From Lama guanicoe (lineage: Eukaryota), in the NCBI GenBank assembly GCA_013239625.1, contig MU053881.1, forward strand, positions 14,996,373-15,060,372: a DNA stretch of 64,000 nucleotides, written 5' to 3'. Under the pieces are notes generated by a model, which was not told the origin of the DNA, did no database searches, and saw only the letters and a program-made list of their open reading frames with translations. Position 1 is the stretch's first letter; the number at the start of each line of letters is the position of its first letter. Below are positions 50,461 through 63,849 of this stretch, piece after piece. The position numbers were made by a program, and so were the translations under genes.

Positions 50461-53400
50461 GCTCCTATGGGAGTTAGGACACCCCTGCCCAGAAACCCTG
50501 ATCAAGCCCAGAGCACTGCTGGTTATAGGGTGTGGGGCCCAATTTGCACCAAGTGGACAGAAGTGGCTCCTTTCTGGACACGCCTCATCCTGCCCCAGGC
50601 ACTCCTCCTCATGCCCCCAGCAAGGCTCGCAGCTCCCCACAAGGCTGTTTTCTTCTTCCCCTTTCACAAATGAGACAACTGTTCTTGAAGCCCCCACCAC
50701 TACCCCCATACACACCTTATAGCCTCGGGGGAACTCAGGGAGGGCAGGAGGAAGCCGGCAGGGGCTAGAGTACCCAGCTGGACAGAGAAGCAGGCTTGCT
50801 GGGCGGAGGTGGGCAGGAAGAGGAGGGAGGGCTGGGGCCTGGGACCGATGACTAAGGGAAGGACCCATTACTCAGGCCAGCCCAGACAGGGGGCGGTCGG
50901 CACGGCGGGGCCACGGGGCCCCAGGAAGGCGGCGGCGGCAGCAGCCCTGAGCTGGTCCGAGGCTCCAGACAGCCACCCGAGCCACGGTCACCCGCACTGA
51001 GTCATCGGAGCCAATGCGTCAGCAGCTGGGTCAGGGCGTCTCTGGAGGCCGCTCACTGCCACCCCCCTGCACCCTCAGCCTGGATCTGGCCTCTAAGGAG
51101 CTGTCCGTGCCCCTCGCTGTCCTGACCCCCAACCCTCGCACTCTCCTGACCCCAACCCCAACCCTGTGTCCTCGTAACACTGTCATTGGGCACCCCCAGC
51201 CACGTCCAGGCCTATGCTGGACATGGGACACAGCTGCTGCCTCCCTTGGGATTTCCCTGCACAGAGGCTGACAGCCAGTGGGACTGGGTGGGTTAACACC
51301 CACAAGTGGATCACCTGTGAGGATGCCCACAACCTCCGGGAGCCCCCAGCCAGCTGAACCTATTGCCCACACTGTCACCAGATCCTTGCTGATACCCACA
51401 CACCTCCTTCCCTCCCCCCACCAGTCCTTCATGGGGTCATCACCCCCACCACAGGCTAGAGTCTGCTTCAGGGCCTGCTTTGGAGGGACCCATGCCCAAG
51501 GCAGGACAGCCTAGTGAGGGATGGCCCCAGGAGTGCAGAGCCACATCAAAGGTGACAGGGCTCCGCGGTGAAGGTAGGGGGCTGCCTTGCGAGCAGCACC
51601 TGGCAGGGTGGGCGCTACCCTCCTCCTGTTCTTGCCGGTCTGCTGACCCTGGTCTCCATGGTTGGTTTCCCAAGCCTACAGGAGAGATCCAAAGCCCCAG
51701 AAAGTTCTTTTCATTGGAATGTCCAAAAGAAAAAAAAAAGGAAAAGGCAAGAACAAGAAAGAATTTCACAGAAACATTTCTTTGGGGTTTTGTAAAATCT
51801 TTTCCCACCCCCACATGGAGCCCAAAACTCAGGCCAGAACAGAGTCTGACGATATTGCCCCTTTAACATACTGTTCTGACATGCAAATTCCCTCACTTCC
51901 CCTCAAAACAGAGAGCACTTCCACTTTCAAAGCCAATTTTGGTTTTATTGTCCATGTGGCTCGATGGAGCACAGCAGCACAGCACAGCTGGTTGGCTCAA
52001 GCCCCAGCCGACACAGTACCAGGGAGTTCCAGGCCACTCCACCCCAGGGTCCTGGGTGCATCAGTGGGGAAGACACTGTATTTTGGGGTACAGTGAGGGA
52101 CAAAGACTCAGAGAGGCAGACAGAGACCCAGAAAGTGGGGGAACCGGGACCCAAAGATAGGTAGAGACAGGGACCCAGAGAGAGAGAGAGTGGAACAGAG
52201 ACCCAGAAATGGTTGGGGGGAGACAGAGACTCAGAGAGCAGAGAGAGGGGGCCAGGGTGAGGGGATGGGGCTTGGGCTCTCTAACTGCAGATGGAGAAGC
52301 ACCGGCCACCCGCTGGTCACCTCTGTCCAATTTTCCACACCACTCCCCTTACCTCCTGTCCAGACACACTGGAAACTTCTCAGGCTTCCCCCTCCTGCCC
52401 ACCTCTGATCCTTAACAAAGCAGGCTCACTGACAGAACACTCGCCGGGCATGGCCCTTCACACAGAACTTCGTGAATCCCTGGCCAGCCCAGGAGGTCAG
52501 CGCAGCAAATGTCCCCTTCAAGACAGAGTAAGTGAGGCCTAGCATGGCCCCCCAACACCCCGCCCCGCACCCCACACAGCTGCAGGCAGCTCCAGCACCG
52601 GTTCTTGCTACAATGCAGCCTGCTGACTCTGCCAAGGCCACAGCTCCGACTCCAGGGCACGCAGCTCCATGGATAAAAGGTGCGTCTGAGTCAGGGTCCC
52701 ACGCATCCCACAGAGGCAGACACCCCAAGCCACTGTTGCTGTGGTTACCACAATATTTCACAGCTCTGGGTACTGTGCTCCCAGCCCAAAGGATGCAGTC
52801 ACCATGTTCTGGCACCTTGCACCAGGCCTCAAAGGCTCACGCTGGCCAGCAGCCCCCACACTCACGTCAGCACGCTCTCTCCTGGGACCGCTCACCCCGA
52901 GGCCAGCTCCGCCCTCCCTACCCCGCAGGCAGCCACGGCCCCTGATAAGGGGCAGCTCCTTCAGAGATGCCTTCAGTCCTCTAGCAGGGCTTGATCCCAA
53001 GGCTCTCAGGGGAGAAGACGAAAGAGCAGGGCTTCTGGGTAGACAAGCGTTGAACTCAGGAGCAGATGAAGGTCCCCACAGCAGTGTCCCAGCAGGCCAA
53101 GATGCCAAACCACTGAGAGAGAACAGTGGGGAACAGAGACCCAGAGAGAGGGGGGTGGCAGAAACGCAGAGGGAGGGAGACAGAGACCCAGAGAGAGAAA
53201 GAGGAAAGACAATCCGGCCAGCGCCCCAGATCCCGTGTTCCCCTACGCCTGGGCTCTCCCCACAGCATCAGCAGTTAAATTGTTTATTCCTCCCTCCTGG
53301 TCATCATGCTGGTTATTCTCCTACATCCTCTGCCATAATTTAAAACAGGATGCCCACGTCAAGGCAGATCTGTGCACCCTGTGGGAGGCCAACTGTGCCA

Positions 53401-55119
53401 GGCTGCCAGGCAGGGGAAGAGCCTCATCCACTCCATCCCACCTGCCCTGCCTCCTCCAAGAGCTGGGTGCCGTGGACAAAACCGAGGCCACTAAGAGCCC
53501 ACCCTGGGAGCACTTCACCCCTGGGCCCTGCAAAGGAGCCCCAGGCTACACCTGCCCACCTCATCTTCATGGCATCATCATGCAGGGCCATCCCCTACAT
53601 ATATGTCCTTGGCTCCTGCTTATCCATGCCTGCAGAGCAATGACAGGGTGACAGAAGAGAGGGGCTGCTAGGGCATTACCAGCATGAGGTAACCGTGCAA
53701 CGTGCTGGCACGCAGGACTAGTACTCCTGAGAGCCTCCATGTGATAGTCAGGGAGGCTGAGGGTCAAGAGGGTGGCAGGAGAGGCAGACAGGTTCCCAAA
53801 CCCGTGTCCACCTCAAAAGAACCATCATGAATCCTCCCAAGGACCTAGAGAGGGAAGAGAAGAAATTCCGAGGGGCTAGGAGTAGAGGCTGGGGTCTGGC
53901 TGGCCCCGAAGTCACTGGTCTCATAACGAGACCCTGGCGAGCCCTCCCCAAAGCCCACCTGAGATCCTCTGTGCACAAAGCCTGGCATCGGGTGGTCTCA
54001 CTTGGTGCCGGCTCCACTCAAGGCAAGTCCCGCCAGCTCTGTCATTCTGCCCTTCAGTGACAGGGACAAACAGTACAGATCCCCCAACCCCTCAGTACTC
54101 ATTGGGTTACAGCCAAGAACTTTGCAGGCATAGCCTAACCTCCCACCAGCAGAAGGTGATAATGATGTCAAACCCTGTCACTCCCCTGCGTAAGCCCCCG
54201 TGGCTCTCCACAGTCTTGCTCCTCAGGGGCCAATGTGAGCCCAGTGCCCATAAAGCCCAGCCGTGACCTCCTGCCCGGGCTCTATGCCTTCACCTCAGCC
54301 TCTGACTGATGCCCGAGGGAGCCCAGGATGTATGGGGGTCTGACCACTGCTGACGGACAGGAGGACCCTGTAGGTAGCACCTGTCCAATCTCAGCAACTT
54401 CTCAAGGCTAGGAAGAAGGAAAGGGAACACCCAGATCCCACTTCCCTCACCAACAGCGAGCTCTCTGCCTCCACAGTACCCTCACCCCTCCCCATCCTGA
54501 CAAGCGAGCACCTACTCCGTGCAGGGCTGTGGGCCAGGGCAGTGCAGACCGGGCTCCCAGCTCACTTCTCAGTGGGCAGTCTGGAGAGGGGTACATCACT
54601 ATCATTACCATCCTACAGTCAGGGACACGGAGGCATAGAGAGATTCAGGCACCCATCCAAGGCCACACAGCATGTAAGAGGCCCAGCCAGTGTTGGCCTC
54701 CCCATAGTCCCAGGTAGATGGGTCCCCTGATCATCTCCATGATGCAGATGATGACACCGAGGCTGGGTGAGGCCACTCACCAGGAAGTGGACATGAAGCT
54801 GGACAGCAAGTAGGGCCTGATGTGGCTCCTTAGTGGCAGCCAAGGTGAGGGTGTAGACTGTCCCACTAACCCTTCAGCTGTTATTAGGGAGGTAATCCCA
54901 CTCTGCTGGGTCACAGTGGGAGAGCCCCACCCAGGCCCCCACACTTCTCTGACCCCCAACCCAGTTCTATTTGTTTCCCCTTCCAATCGCTCCATCTGGT
55001 AAACCATCCATCCATTCCCAGCCTATCTCCAGGCAGGGTAGGGTGAGTTCTATCTCCTGCTATGTTCCAGCAACTGGCACCATGCCTGGCATATGCTCAG
55101 AGGTCAGTCATGTTTGTTG

Positions 55120-55345
55120 ATTAGATGGCTGGATGGCTGAGTGGATGAATGGATGAAGGGATGACTAAATGGATGGATGAATGGATAGATGGGTGGATGG
55201 ATGATGGGTGGATTAATGGATGGAGAGAGGGATGAATGGTTTGGTGGATGAGTGGGTGGATGGAAGGGTTGGTGTGTGGAAGGATGGATGGATGGATGGA
55301 AGGAAGTATCAGTGGGTGGAAGGATGGGTAGATGGATGGACAGTT
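55120..55345. repeat. (TGGA)n simple repeat following an L2 3' end (about 55060-55120)
   Basis: gatggctggatggctgagtggatgaatggatgaagg...ggatggatggatggatgg. Confidence 0.85.
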
Positions 55346-56279
55346 GAATGAGGTGGCAGGTAGATGGCTGCTAGGTGGCAGCAGTGGCTGGGACCTGATT
55401 CATATCTCTGCTGCAGATACCTGCTCTGTTACCCTCTCCATGTAACCTCCTGGTTCAAGTCCTGGGACTGAGTATGTCACCCTTTGACTAGGCTCAACCA
55501 GGAAGCCCCTGGCAGGCTCCTCTCTGGGACGTCTGGCCTCCACATTTTGCTCATGCTATTCCCCATGTTGAAGGGTCAACTCCTTCTGCCCTCCCCACCC
55601 CCACCACTCTTCCATATGGCGCACTCTCAAGCCCACCAGCTCTTCCATGCTCCTCGGTCACCTTCCCCTCCGAGCCTTCTCAAAGTAGAAGTTCTCCCCA
55701 ATGGCCTCCCTTGCCCTCATGGCCCAGCCAGGGATCCTTACAGCCTCTCTGGCCCTCAAAAGCCCAGTCAGGGCCCCCACGCCAGGGGCAGCAGGGGCAA
55801 GTAATAAGCAGGTCTCAGTCTGAGGCATCACCTGTTTTCTTCCCACCCACTGACAGGAGGCTGATCCCCATAAGGGCCTATCCCCCAACACTGTCCCTGC
55901 TGAACTGGGCTTGGGCCACTTGAATGAGCAAAACCCCTTCACTCTACAGATCAGGCAAGCAGGCACATGACTGTGTGGTCCCAGAACACCTCTCAGAAAC
56001 CCAGTGAGATTCCAGCACTGCCTAATTTCAGCATCTAAGGGCCCAGCCCAACTGTCTCCCCTGGCAGGGCAGGTGTTGAGTCGCCTAAAGGGACAGTTCT
56101 GCTAAATGGCAAGTGCTCATGCCCAGTGGTACTAGGCCATACGCAGGCAGACATAGATGTGGGTATGGCTCAGCAAGGATCTTCCAATAGCAGCACAAAG
56201 TTCAGCATCAGAAGGGGCCTATCGTGAACATCATCATTTTATGAGGTGCCAACATTCCTCCCCTCTTCTGATAAGGGCT

Positions 56280-56735
56280 CCCTGTTTTCTTGGGGAACCT
56301 CCTATTCTTCACTCTCAGCCCCAGTGGTAAGGATCAGGAGACCCACCTCTAGTTGATAAGGGAGACATAACCCAGCCTGGCCAACCAGAGCCTCCCAGGC
56401 CCCGGCCATACTGATTGGTCCCTGAATAGGGGGTGTGGCCCGTCTGATTCAATCAGAGCCTTTCCTAGGATTTTTGCTGGAGCCACCAGGATGGCAACTT
56501 GCGTTCCCCCTGGGGTTGCTGGGATGGTGAGGAACAACGTGAGGTCACCTTGCCCAGTCAAGCAGGAAGGCATAGCAGAGAGACAGGACTCACAGATTTC
56601 AAGGGAATCATCTCAGTTCTGAATGTAATGTACCTGAAACTGGATCTCTCCCTGAACTTATTTTTCATGTGAACAATGAACTTTTCTTTTTTAACTGAAG
56701 GCAGTGAGCTGAGTTTCTGGCTCTTGTAAGCAAAG
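56280..56735 (+). mobile_element. ERVL LTR (LTR33/LTR16-like)
   Basis: tgattggtcc, caatcagagcc, tgtacctgaaact...catgtgaacaatgaac...tgagctgagtttctggctcttgtaa. Confidence 0.55.
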
Positions 56736-59700
56736 GGGGACTTCAATGTCAGGAAGTCGAATTCCAGGGCTCGAATTCCAGACAAGGCTCTGGAAAAACC
56801 ACCATGGAGATGACACTCCTCCAGATACCAACTCTCCCTGCCCAGGAATGGGGGCAAGGAAGCCTGGCTGGTTGATCTGCAGGCAAGTGGTTGGTGACCA
56901 GACCCAGTCTGAACCCCGCCTGCCTCTAACACGACAGCCACCTCCCTGGGAAAGGTCAGCAAGCTACCCATGCCCCCTACTGTGAAAGTTCAGCAACTCT
57001 AAATGCTAAAATGCTAGAAGCAGGCCTAAGGCTGGAGCAACAGGGCGGCCCAGTGCCATCAGCCTCAGCAAGGAAAACACCACCCATAGTTTCTGCAATT
57101 GACTCACGTGGAGTGTAAACGTTTGTATGTTCCCAGCCTCCCTGCCTTACGGGCACACGGGCTGCCATTGCCCCTCACATGACAGGGGCAGGAAGAAAAG
57201 AAAAAGCAAGAGAAGTCCTTCTAGGATCAACCCAACATCACCAAGGCAAGTATATGGTTATCATTTTAACTACAGTCCTGGAAGTTTTCCAAGTGAAGGC
57301 TGTCTCGGGGGTCCTCAGTGGGGCTCCCCTCCATGGCTGGTGTTCACAGGCATTTTGTCACCCCTTAAACCCTGGGTCAGGAGAATGCCCCACTCTCAGT
57401 TACAGTCATGGAAGATTCCGGGTGATCACATCTCCCTGCTCCTGCTTCCTTCGGCAAGCTGCTTCAAATTCTAACATCCCTTTGAGAGGCGAGCTCTCCG
57501 GATATCCAGCCCAGCCCAGCCCAGCCCGCTCCCGCTCAGATCCCATCCTGTCTTTGACCCCTGTGGAATTTCGCAGTTGTGGCGTCAGAAAAACGTCTTC
57601 AGCCTCGATCCTCGATCCTCGGGTGACCTCCTCTTGAGGCCTTTTAAAAGCCCAAAGGTCCACCCCTCAAGATTTTCTCCAGGCCAAGCGTGTTCAATTC
57701 CGGAAGCTGCTTCCCTCACAGGAAAGGTCTGCGATTCCCCAAAGGTGCCGGTTACTTCCTCCCGAACCACAATATTTTCAGTGTGCAGCGAGGTGGTCTG
57801 CGGGAAGAGATCAGCCGCTGGGCTGCTCAGCGAGGGGTCTGAAGTCACGCTGGATGCGCCCCAAAACCCACTCTGTAGAGGAATATTGGGGAAACGCTCT
57901 CACAGCCATGGGGGATGAGCTCTGTGAATCCTGAGCGGCCCTCTCTGGAGGGAAGCGGGAAAGGGGCGGGGGAGGAGGAAGGGACTGGAGACTCAAGGTT
58001 AACAAGTGTTAAGAGCCCGTCTGCACAGCTGCAGAGCGGCTACCACAGGAGGAGGGCGGGTGGGCCGCGGTGGGGACCCAGTGGGCCCCAGCCCCCACTT
58101 CCCAGTGCAGGCAGCTGGATGGGGAGAGCGGCTGGCCATTTCCCGTCTTCGACGCCGCACTAAGATCCTGTCTGTGAACCAGATGAAGCCCATGCAAAAG
58201 GGTACTGCTCACTAGTTTCTCTCTAACGGGGTTGATGCACTGACAATACCCCGGTGAGTTTCTGTTTCTCTACCCAGACTCTGCCATTAAAAAAAAATGA
58301 GGAGAAGGAGAGTGACCCTTGCTCAGCTGGCCATGAAGGGCTGTTACAGAAGCCTCTCAGTCAGGCCAGTTCCTCTTGCAAAGCCATCGCAGGACTGCGT
58401 GTGGAATATCCGCTAGACCATATCAGAACCTCCACAGTGAGGCCCCGCCCTCAGGGAGCACACATTCTAAAGAACACAGGTCCTTAAGAACACAGAACAT
58501 ACCGTGAGCACGGGACAGAGGGCAGAGAGGGGCAGACAGCAGGGGGGAACAGAGTAGCCAAGACCCAAGGAGGCAACACTGGAGTGTGCAAAGCTCCAGG
58601 ACAGGATACTCCAGCCAAGGAAGAGCTGGGTCACAAGCCCAGCAGGGGTGCCAGCATGCTGGTGGAGACTGGTGGGCTGTGGAAGCACAGGGCCCGGTGG
58701 GTGGGCAGGGACTCACTGTGGGGGCCCAGGGGACCATGTGAAAAAGTGGATTTTGTTCTGAGACTGTTCTCAGTGAGAAGGTGCCCAGCAGGCAAGGGAG
58801 TGGCAGGGTCTGGTGTCCACCTTGGGAGGGTCCTGCTGGCCGTGGGGGGTGAGCAGGGCGGCTCAGAGCCCAGATGAGGAGGTGGAAGAAGGGGCCAGAC
58901 TGGGATGTGGCTCCAAGATGGAAGCAACACGACGTACCGACAGATTAGAAGAGAGAGCAATTAAGTGCACGTGTGGTGAGTACTCTCAAGGAGAAGCTCT
59001 GAGTAAAGAGGTGGGAACTGAACTGGGAAGACCTCCCAGACCAGGACCTGGTCCTTAGAAGACCAGTGGCCCTCAAGCAAGGAGAGGCACGACGACTTTT
59101 CAGAACAGACTAGGGACCTCAAGCCCTCCAGGCCAGATGTCCACCTCTGCTCCTGCTCTCCACTGGATGATCTCAGGCAGCAGAGCCTCTCAAGCCAAGT
59201 GAGGCCTCATCTTCCTGCCTGATGGGTCCTCCCCTAGTGCTTACTCTGTGGTCCGCGGGAGAAAACTGAGAGCCTGTGACTCCCCGCCCAGTCACCACCT
59301 TTGGTCAACACATCACACAAGTTCAACCTTGAATCTTCCCCAAACCCATGCCTACCTCACCATCTCTACAGCCCTTCCTTAGTGCAGGACCCCTCATCTT
59401 CCACCAGAGGGATACTTCTGAAACAGGAATCTGACCCAGGTGCCCCCTCACCCAAACCCTGCCCAGTGTCCCCTGTAACCCCCACCCCACTCCTCCCTCT
59501 CACCCTCTCCAGCTCCTTTCTGCCTTCCGGACTCCTAAAAAGCCAGGCTTCTCCCCCTTTAGAACTTGCACGTGTCACTTGCCCACACCCAGAAAACAGT
59601 CTACCTCCCGAGACTCCCTTCCCTGGAGCTGATGGCATTAACCTTCAGACTCTGCTCAACCTCATTTGTAACGAGGCTCCCAGAACCTTCTAGAGAAGGC

Positions 59701-60659
59701 AGGGACCTCCAACTCAGCCTCAGGATCATTTATGGCAACAGTGGGGAAATGACGGCCCAACTATTTCACATGCTGGTACACAGGCGCCCCACACAGGCAG
59801 GGCCTATCTGTCCAGGGGCCCCACACACCCAACACCAAGCTCAGCAGCAGGAGCACAGGAGGCGTGCGACAACTGACAATTGCCAGGGGAAGAGAAAGGT
59901 GTCCAATGAGTCCCATCCACGACAGGAGGGAGCCAGGGATGCTGGCTCCTCTCTCCCTCCTCCCCCTTCTCCAGGGTCTTCAACTCCAAGTCTAAAGCAT
60001 GTCCTAAGCCCCTATGGTGGGAGGACAGAGAAGACCCACTTTTAAAGTGTCTGGGGGGATGCAGGTGCAAACCTCCAACCTGGCCTCACTGAGCTCTCCC
60101 ATAAGGATCAGCAGTAAAAAGTACCAGTTAAGGAAAGTGGGATGACATATGGCATCCACTCCCTAGAGATGGTGTGATGATAGTGGAGGCTTTCTACCCA
60201 GTAACTATGGCCGACAGCAAGAGGGCCGTCCCTGGTGGGGGGGACTGCAGCTACCAGGTGGAAGCAGCCCAGCTGTGACACAATCACTCTGCACAATTCG
60301 GGGTGAAGTGTGCAGTTGTCAGAGCAATTTCACATCATGAGCTCTAGGGATCCTACCGGCAAGGTGAGGAAAGGGGCGCCTCACTCCCGGAGGAGTTGAG
60401 CTGCGCGGCCCGGCCCCTGAGCACCTCCAGCTCAGTGCTCCCGCCAGCCTGCCGCAGGCTCAACTGCCCCCACCCCAATACCCTGCCAAGACCCATAAAT
60501 TTGTGCTCCCAGGTGCCAGGCTCACATGGCAGCATCTGCCCTTTGATGCTGCAAAAGCAACTCAGATTTGACAAGTTTCAGTGTCTCACTGGCCCTGCCA
60601 CTGTCCCTCTCATGGTCACCAAGTAATGATACCAATGTCCTTCCAACTGCTCAGGCCAA

Positions 60660-60983
60660 CTGCCACAGACTGTGCCCTCCTCAAAATTCACATGTTGAGA
60701 TCTATTTCCTAATGTGATAGTGTAGAAGGTAGAGCCTTTGGGAGGTGATAAGGTTATGACAACGGGGCTCTCATGAATGGTTTTAGTGCCCTTATAAAAG
60801 AGACCTCAGAGAGCTCCCTAGGCCCTTCCACCATGTGAGGACACAGCAAGAAGACTGTGTCTATGAACCAGGAAGTGACCTCTCCAGACTTCCCAGCCTC
60901 TGGAACTTCGAGAACTAAATTTCTGTTGTTTTTAGCCACCCAGTCTATGGTATTCTGTTACTGCAGCCAGAACAGACTTAGAC
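60660..60983 (+). mobile_element. MLT1A-like solo LTR
   Basis: caaaattcacatgttga, gcctttgggaggtgat, tagtgcccttataaaagagacc, ccaccatgtgaggacacagcaagaag. Confidence 0.85.
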
Positions 60984-62764
60984 ACCAACTTTCTCTTCCC
61001 AACCTGCCACACTGACTCGTCAGCAAGACCTGCCAAATACCCCATGATCCCTTCTTGGTCCACGTGGGTGCAATGGACAGAACGTCAGCAGTGTCAGAAT
61101 CACAGGGCAACATTGCCAGCTCCACACTAACACACATGATGTTAACATCACGCGATGTGCTGGGCACCCTCTGAGCACGCCCTCTCCCTAGCTGGCTCCT
61201 TCCCAGCTACCCAGCCCAGTGGGCCCGCGATCTCACCTCCCAGGTGAGGACTCTAACACACAGAGGGTTGCAGGTGTGCCCAACGTGTGTAACAAGCACG
61301 AGGGACCGCACATATACACACGTGGGTCTGCTGAGGCACCGGGTACCACCAGATCTCCCAGAATTCCCAGGGAGGAGTTGAGTTCCTGTCTCTGAAGGGT
61401 CAAACTCCTGCCTCTCTCTTTCAGCTGAAAAGAGGATAAGGCCAAAGGAACAAGAACTTTCTCAGTAGGCCAAATCTTTCGCACAGGGCTTGGAGGCTGG
61501 ACTCTTCCAGAGCCTCAGGGATTAGGGGAGACAATACAGGGTGCAGCCAGAGAGGGCTTGTTAAGAAAGTTTCAACAAGCAAAGGCCACCAAGCCAGAAG
61601 CAGACACCTCGGTTGAACTGTGCCAAACCCGCTCACGCTGTGGCCCATGGAAACACCTGTGGCCAGTATGGCCCTCACCCAGATACTCCTGCCTTGCTGC
61701 CCAAGGAACAGCGTGAATCAGTAAGTCTGGGCCCCATCCAGACATCTTTAGGAAAGATGGGCAGAGAAGAGAGGATGCCAAAGGCCCAATGCAGGAAGAG
61801 CCTCTGTGGCAAGAAAGTTCCTCCAGAATTAGACTGGCCGGGTACCTCACAGTGACAGAATTTTAGCTGGGGAGGTGAGACTCTCAGGAGAGTTCCTTCT
61901 CCTCCTCGCAAAACTGTACATGGCCGCAAACCTCCTAACCCTCCAGGAGCCGGGACCCCGGCAAGGGCCTGGGGTGGAGCTGGGAGGGGGCCTGTTGCAG
62001 AACAAGCATCTTTTGTGTGAGTGAGCCTGCAGCTAGGACCCCACTTCCCCTCAGCAAGCCCCTGGCCAAAGCAGCCACGCTCTGTCCATCCCAAAGGTTC
62101 CTCTTGGTCATTAATGACCATCTCTACTAGGCAACGGGCTTTTTGTTGATCCCTCGAGATAGAAGAAAGGAGAATAAGCTTTTCTCTTTCTTTTCTCCTC
62201 CTCGGTTGCAGAAAAGCAAAGTTGGAACAAACAAGTTATATAATGCCGGGGGTGGTCGGGGTGGGGGAAAGCAGTCCCTCCTAAGGACAGTTTTTTGAGT
62301 TGTGGGACCGCTGGAAGGGCCAAGGGGAAGACAGGAACCGCCCCCACCCCTGGCCGAATGACAAAACCCTTCATGGGACAACAAGGCAGACACAGGCACC
62401 ACCTGGAAGGCTGGAAACCCAGCCTCAAAGACAGGGCCAGCCTCCCCCCAGTCCTTGGCAGCCCCACAAGTCTCCCCAGGAAGGCAAGGGATGGACTTGA
62501 TCACCATGAAGGGACTTCCTACTGGCCAGACTGAAAGTCCCAGAGAGCTTTTCCACACTCCATTCATCCAGTCCCCTCCCCTCCCTTCTTCCCACCCCCG
62601 TAGCCATATTTCTTGAACATTTATTTCCTCTGGGCTGTCTGTGCTCCAGGCATACCAGACCAAGACTGCACAAGAAAGACACAATCTCTACTCTCAAGGC
62701 ATTCCCACTAGTAAACACACCAAGTAGTGTTGGGTGGTAATAGCTTGATCAAGGACACGAACAG

Positions 62765-63292
62765 ACATTATGACCCAGCAATTCCGCTCCTGGTATACAT
62801 CCCAAAGAACTGAACATAGGTGTTCAAAAACTGTACATGTCTGTTCATAGCAGCAGTATCCAAAATAGCCAAAAGATGGAACCAATTTAAATATCCTTCA
62901 ACTGGTGAATGGATAAACAAAACATGGTACGTCCACCCAATGGAATATTAGGCAGCCATAAAAAGAAATGACTGATACATGCTACATTGCAGATGAATCT
63001 TGAAAACATAATAGGGAGTAAAAGAAGCCAGACACTGAGGGTCACATGTGGTATGATTCTATTTATAAAACAGGTAAATTTACAGAGGCAGAAAGTAGAT
63101 GAGTAGTTGTAGAGGAACTAGGGGAGAGGAAAATGGGGAGTGACTGCTCACAGGGACAGGATTTCCTCCTGGGGTGATGGAAATTTTTTGAAATAGACAG
63201 GTGATGGTTGCATAACATTCACCATGTTAAATACCACTGAATTGTACACTTTAAATGAGTGAGTTTTATGTTATATAACTTTTACCCCCCAA
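62765..63292 (+). mobile_element. L1M (L1MB-like) 3' end
   Basis: atgacccagcaattccgctcctgg, aaaagaagccagacac, cactgaattgtacactttaa. Confidence 0.85.
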
Positions 63293-63470
63293 AAAGCCAA
63301 TACAACAAGGTGACCAGAAAAAGTGTTCCTGGGGCTACTTGAGCTTGGGTGGTTGGGCAGGTGGCTCAAGAGGCCATGATCTTGGAGTGGAAGTACGAAG
63401 AAGAATGAGGCATAGGCAAGTTGTGCACTGGCCCTAGGTGGCTGGTTTGGAATAAATAAGGGAGTGAGGT

Positions 63471-63585
63471 GGGGGTGGGTATAGCTCTAATGGAAGAGTA
63501 CATGCTTGTATGCAGGAGGTCCTGTGTTCAATCCCCAGTACCTCCATGAAAACAAACAAACAAATGAACGAACGAATAAATGAAC
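63471..63585 (+). mobile_element. tRNA-Ala-derived SINE
   Basis: GGGTATAGCTCTAATGGAAGAGTACATGCTTGTATGCAGGAGGTCCTGTGTTCAATCCCCAGTACCTCCA plus (AAAC)n tail. Confidence 0.85.
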
Positions 63586-63849
63586 AATGCTATAAAGGCC
63601 TCTACATCTCAGAAGGATCCTTGGGAGAATCTTGTGTGCCATAATCTCCCTCAAAATTTGATCTTCCATGTTTGCTCCATCTCCCCATATGGGGGATTCT
63701 CGCCCTTCTCCCCGCACTAGCACTGCAGGGATAAGACACCCCCCCATCAGTTGCTCTAGACAACAGATTTGTCACTAGGATGGAGGGCAGGGGGTAAATG
63801 GGCATCTCAGAGGTGGGGGAGATGTCTTTTAAGAAAGTGCCTCCATCGC

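Noticed and set aside
51097..51112. REST/RE1 site
   Set aside because: Only the right half (CACGGACAGCTCC on minus) matches; the TTCAGCACC half is absent.
52100..53215. Two similar GAGACAGAGACCCAGAGAG blocks (about 52100-52250 and 53110-53210)
   Set aside because: GA-rich low-complexity sequence; the similarity is explained by simple-repeat composition.
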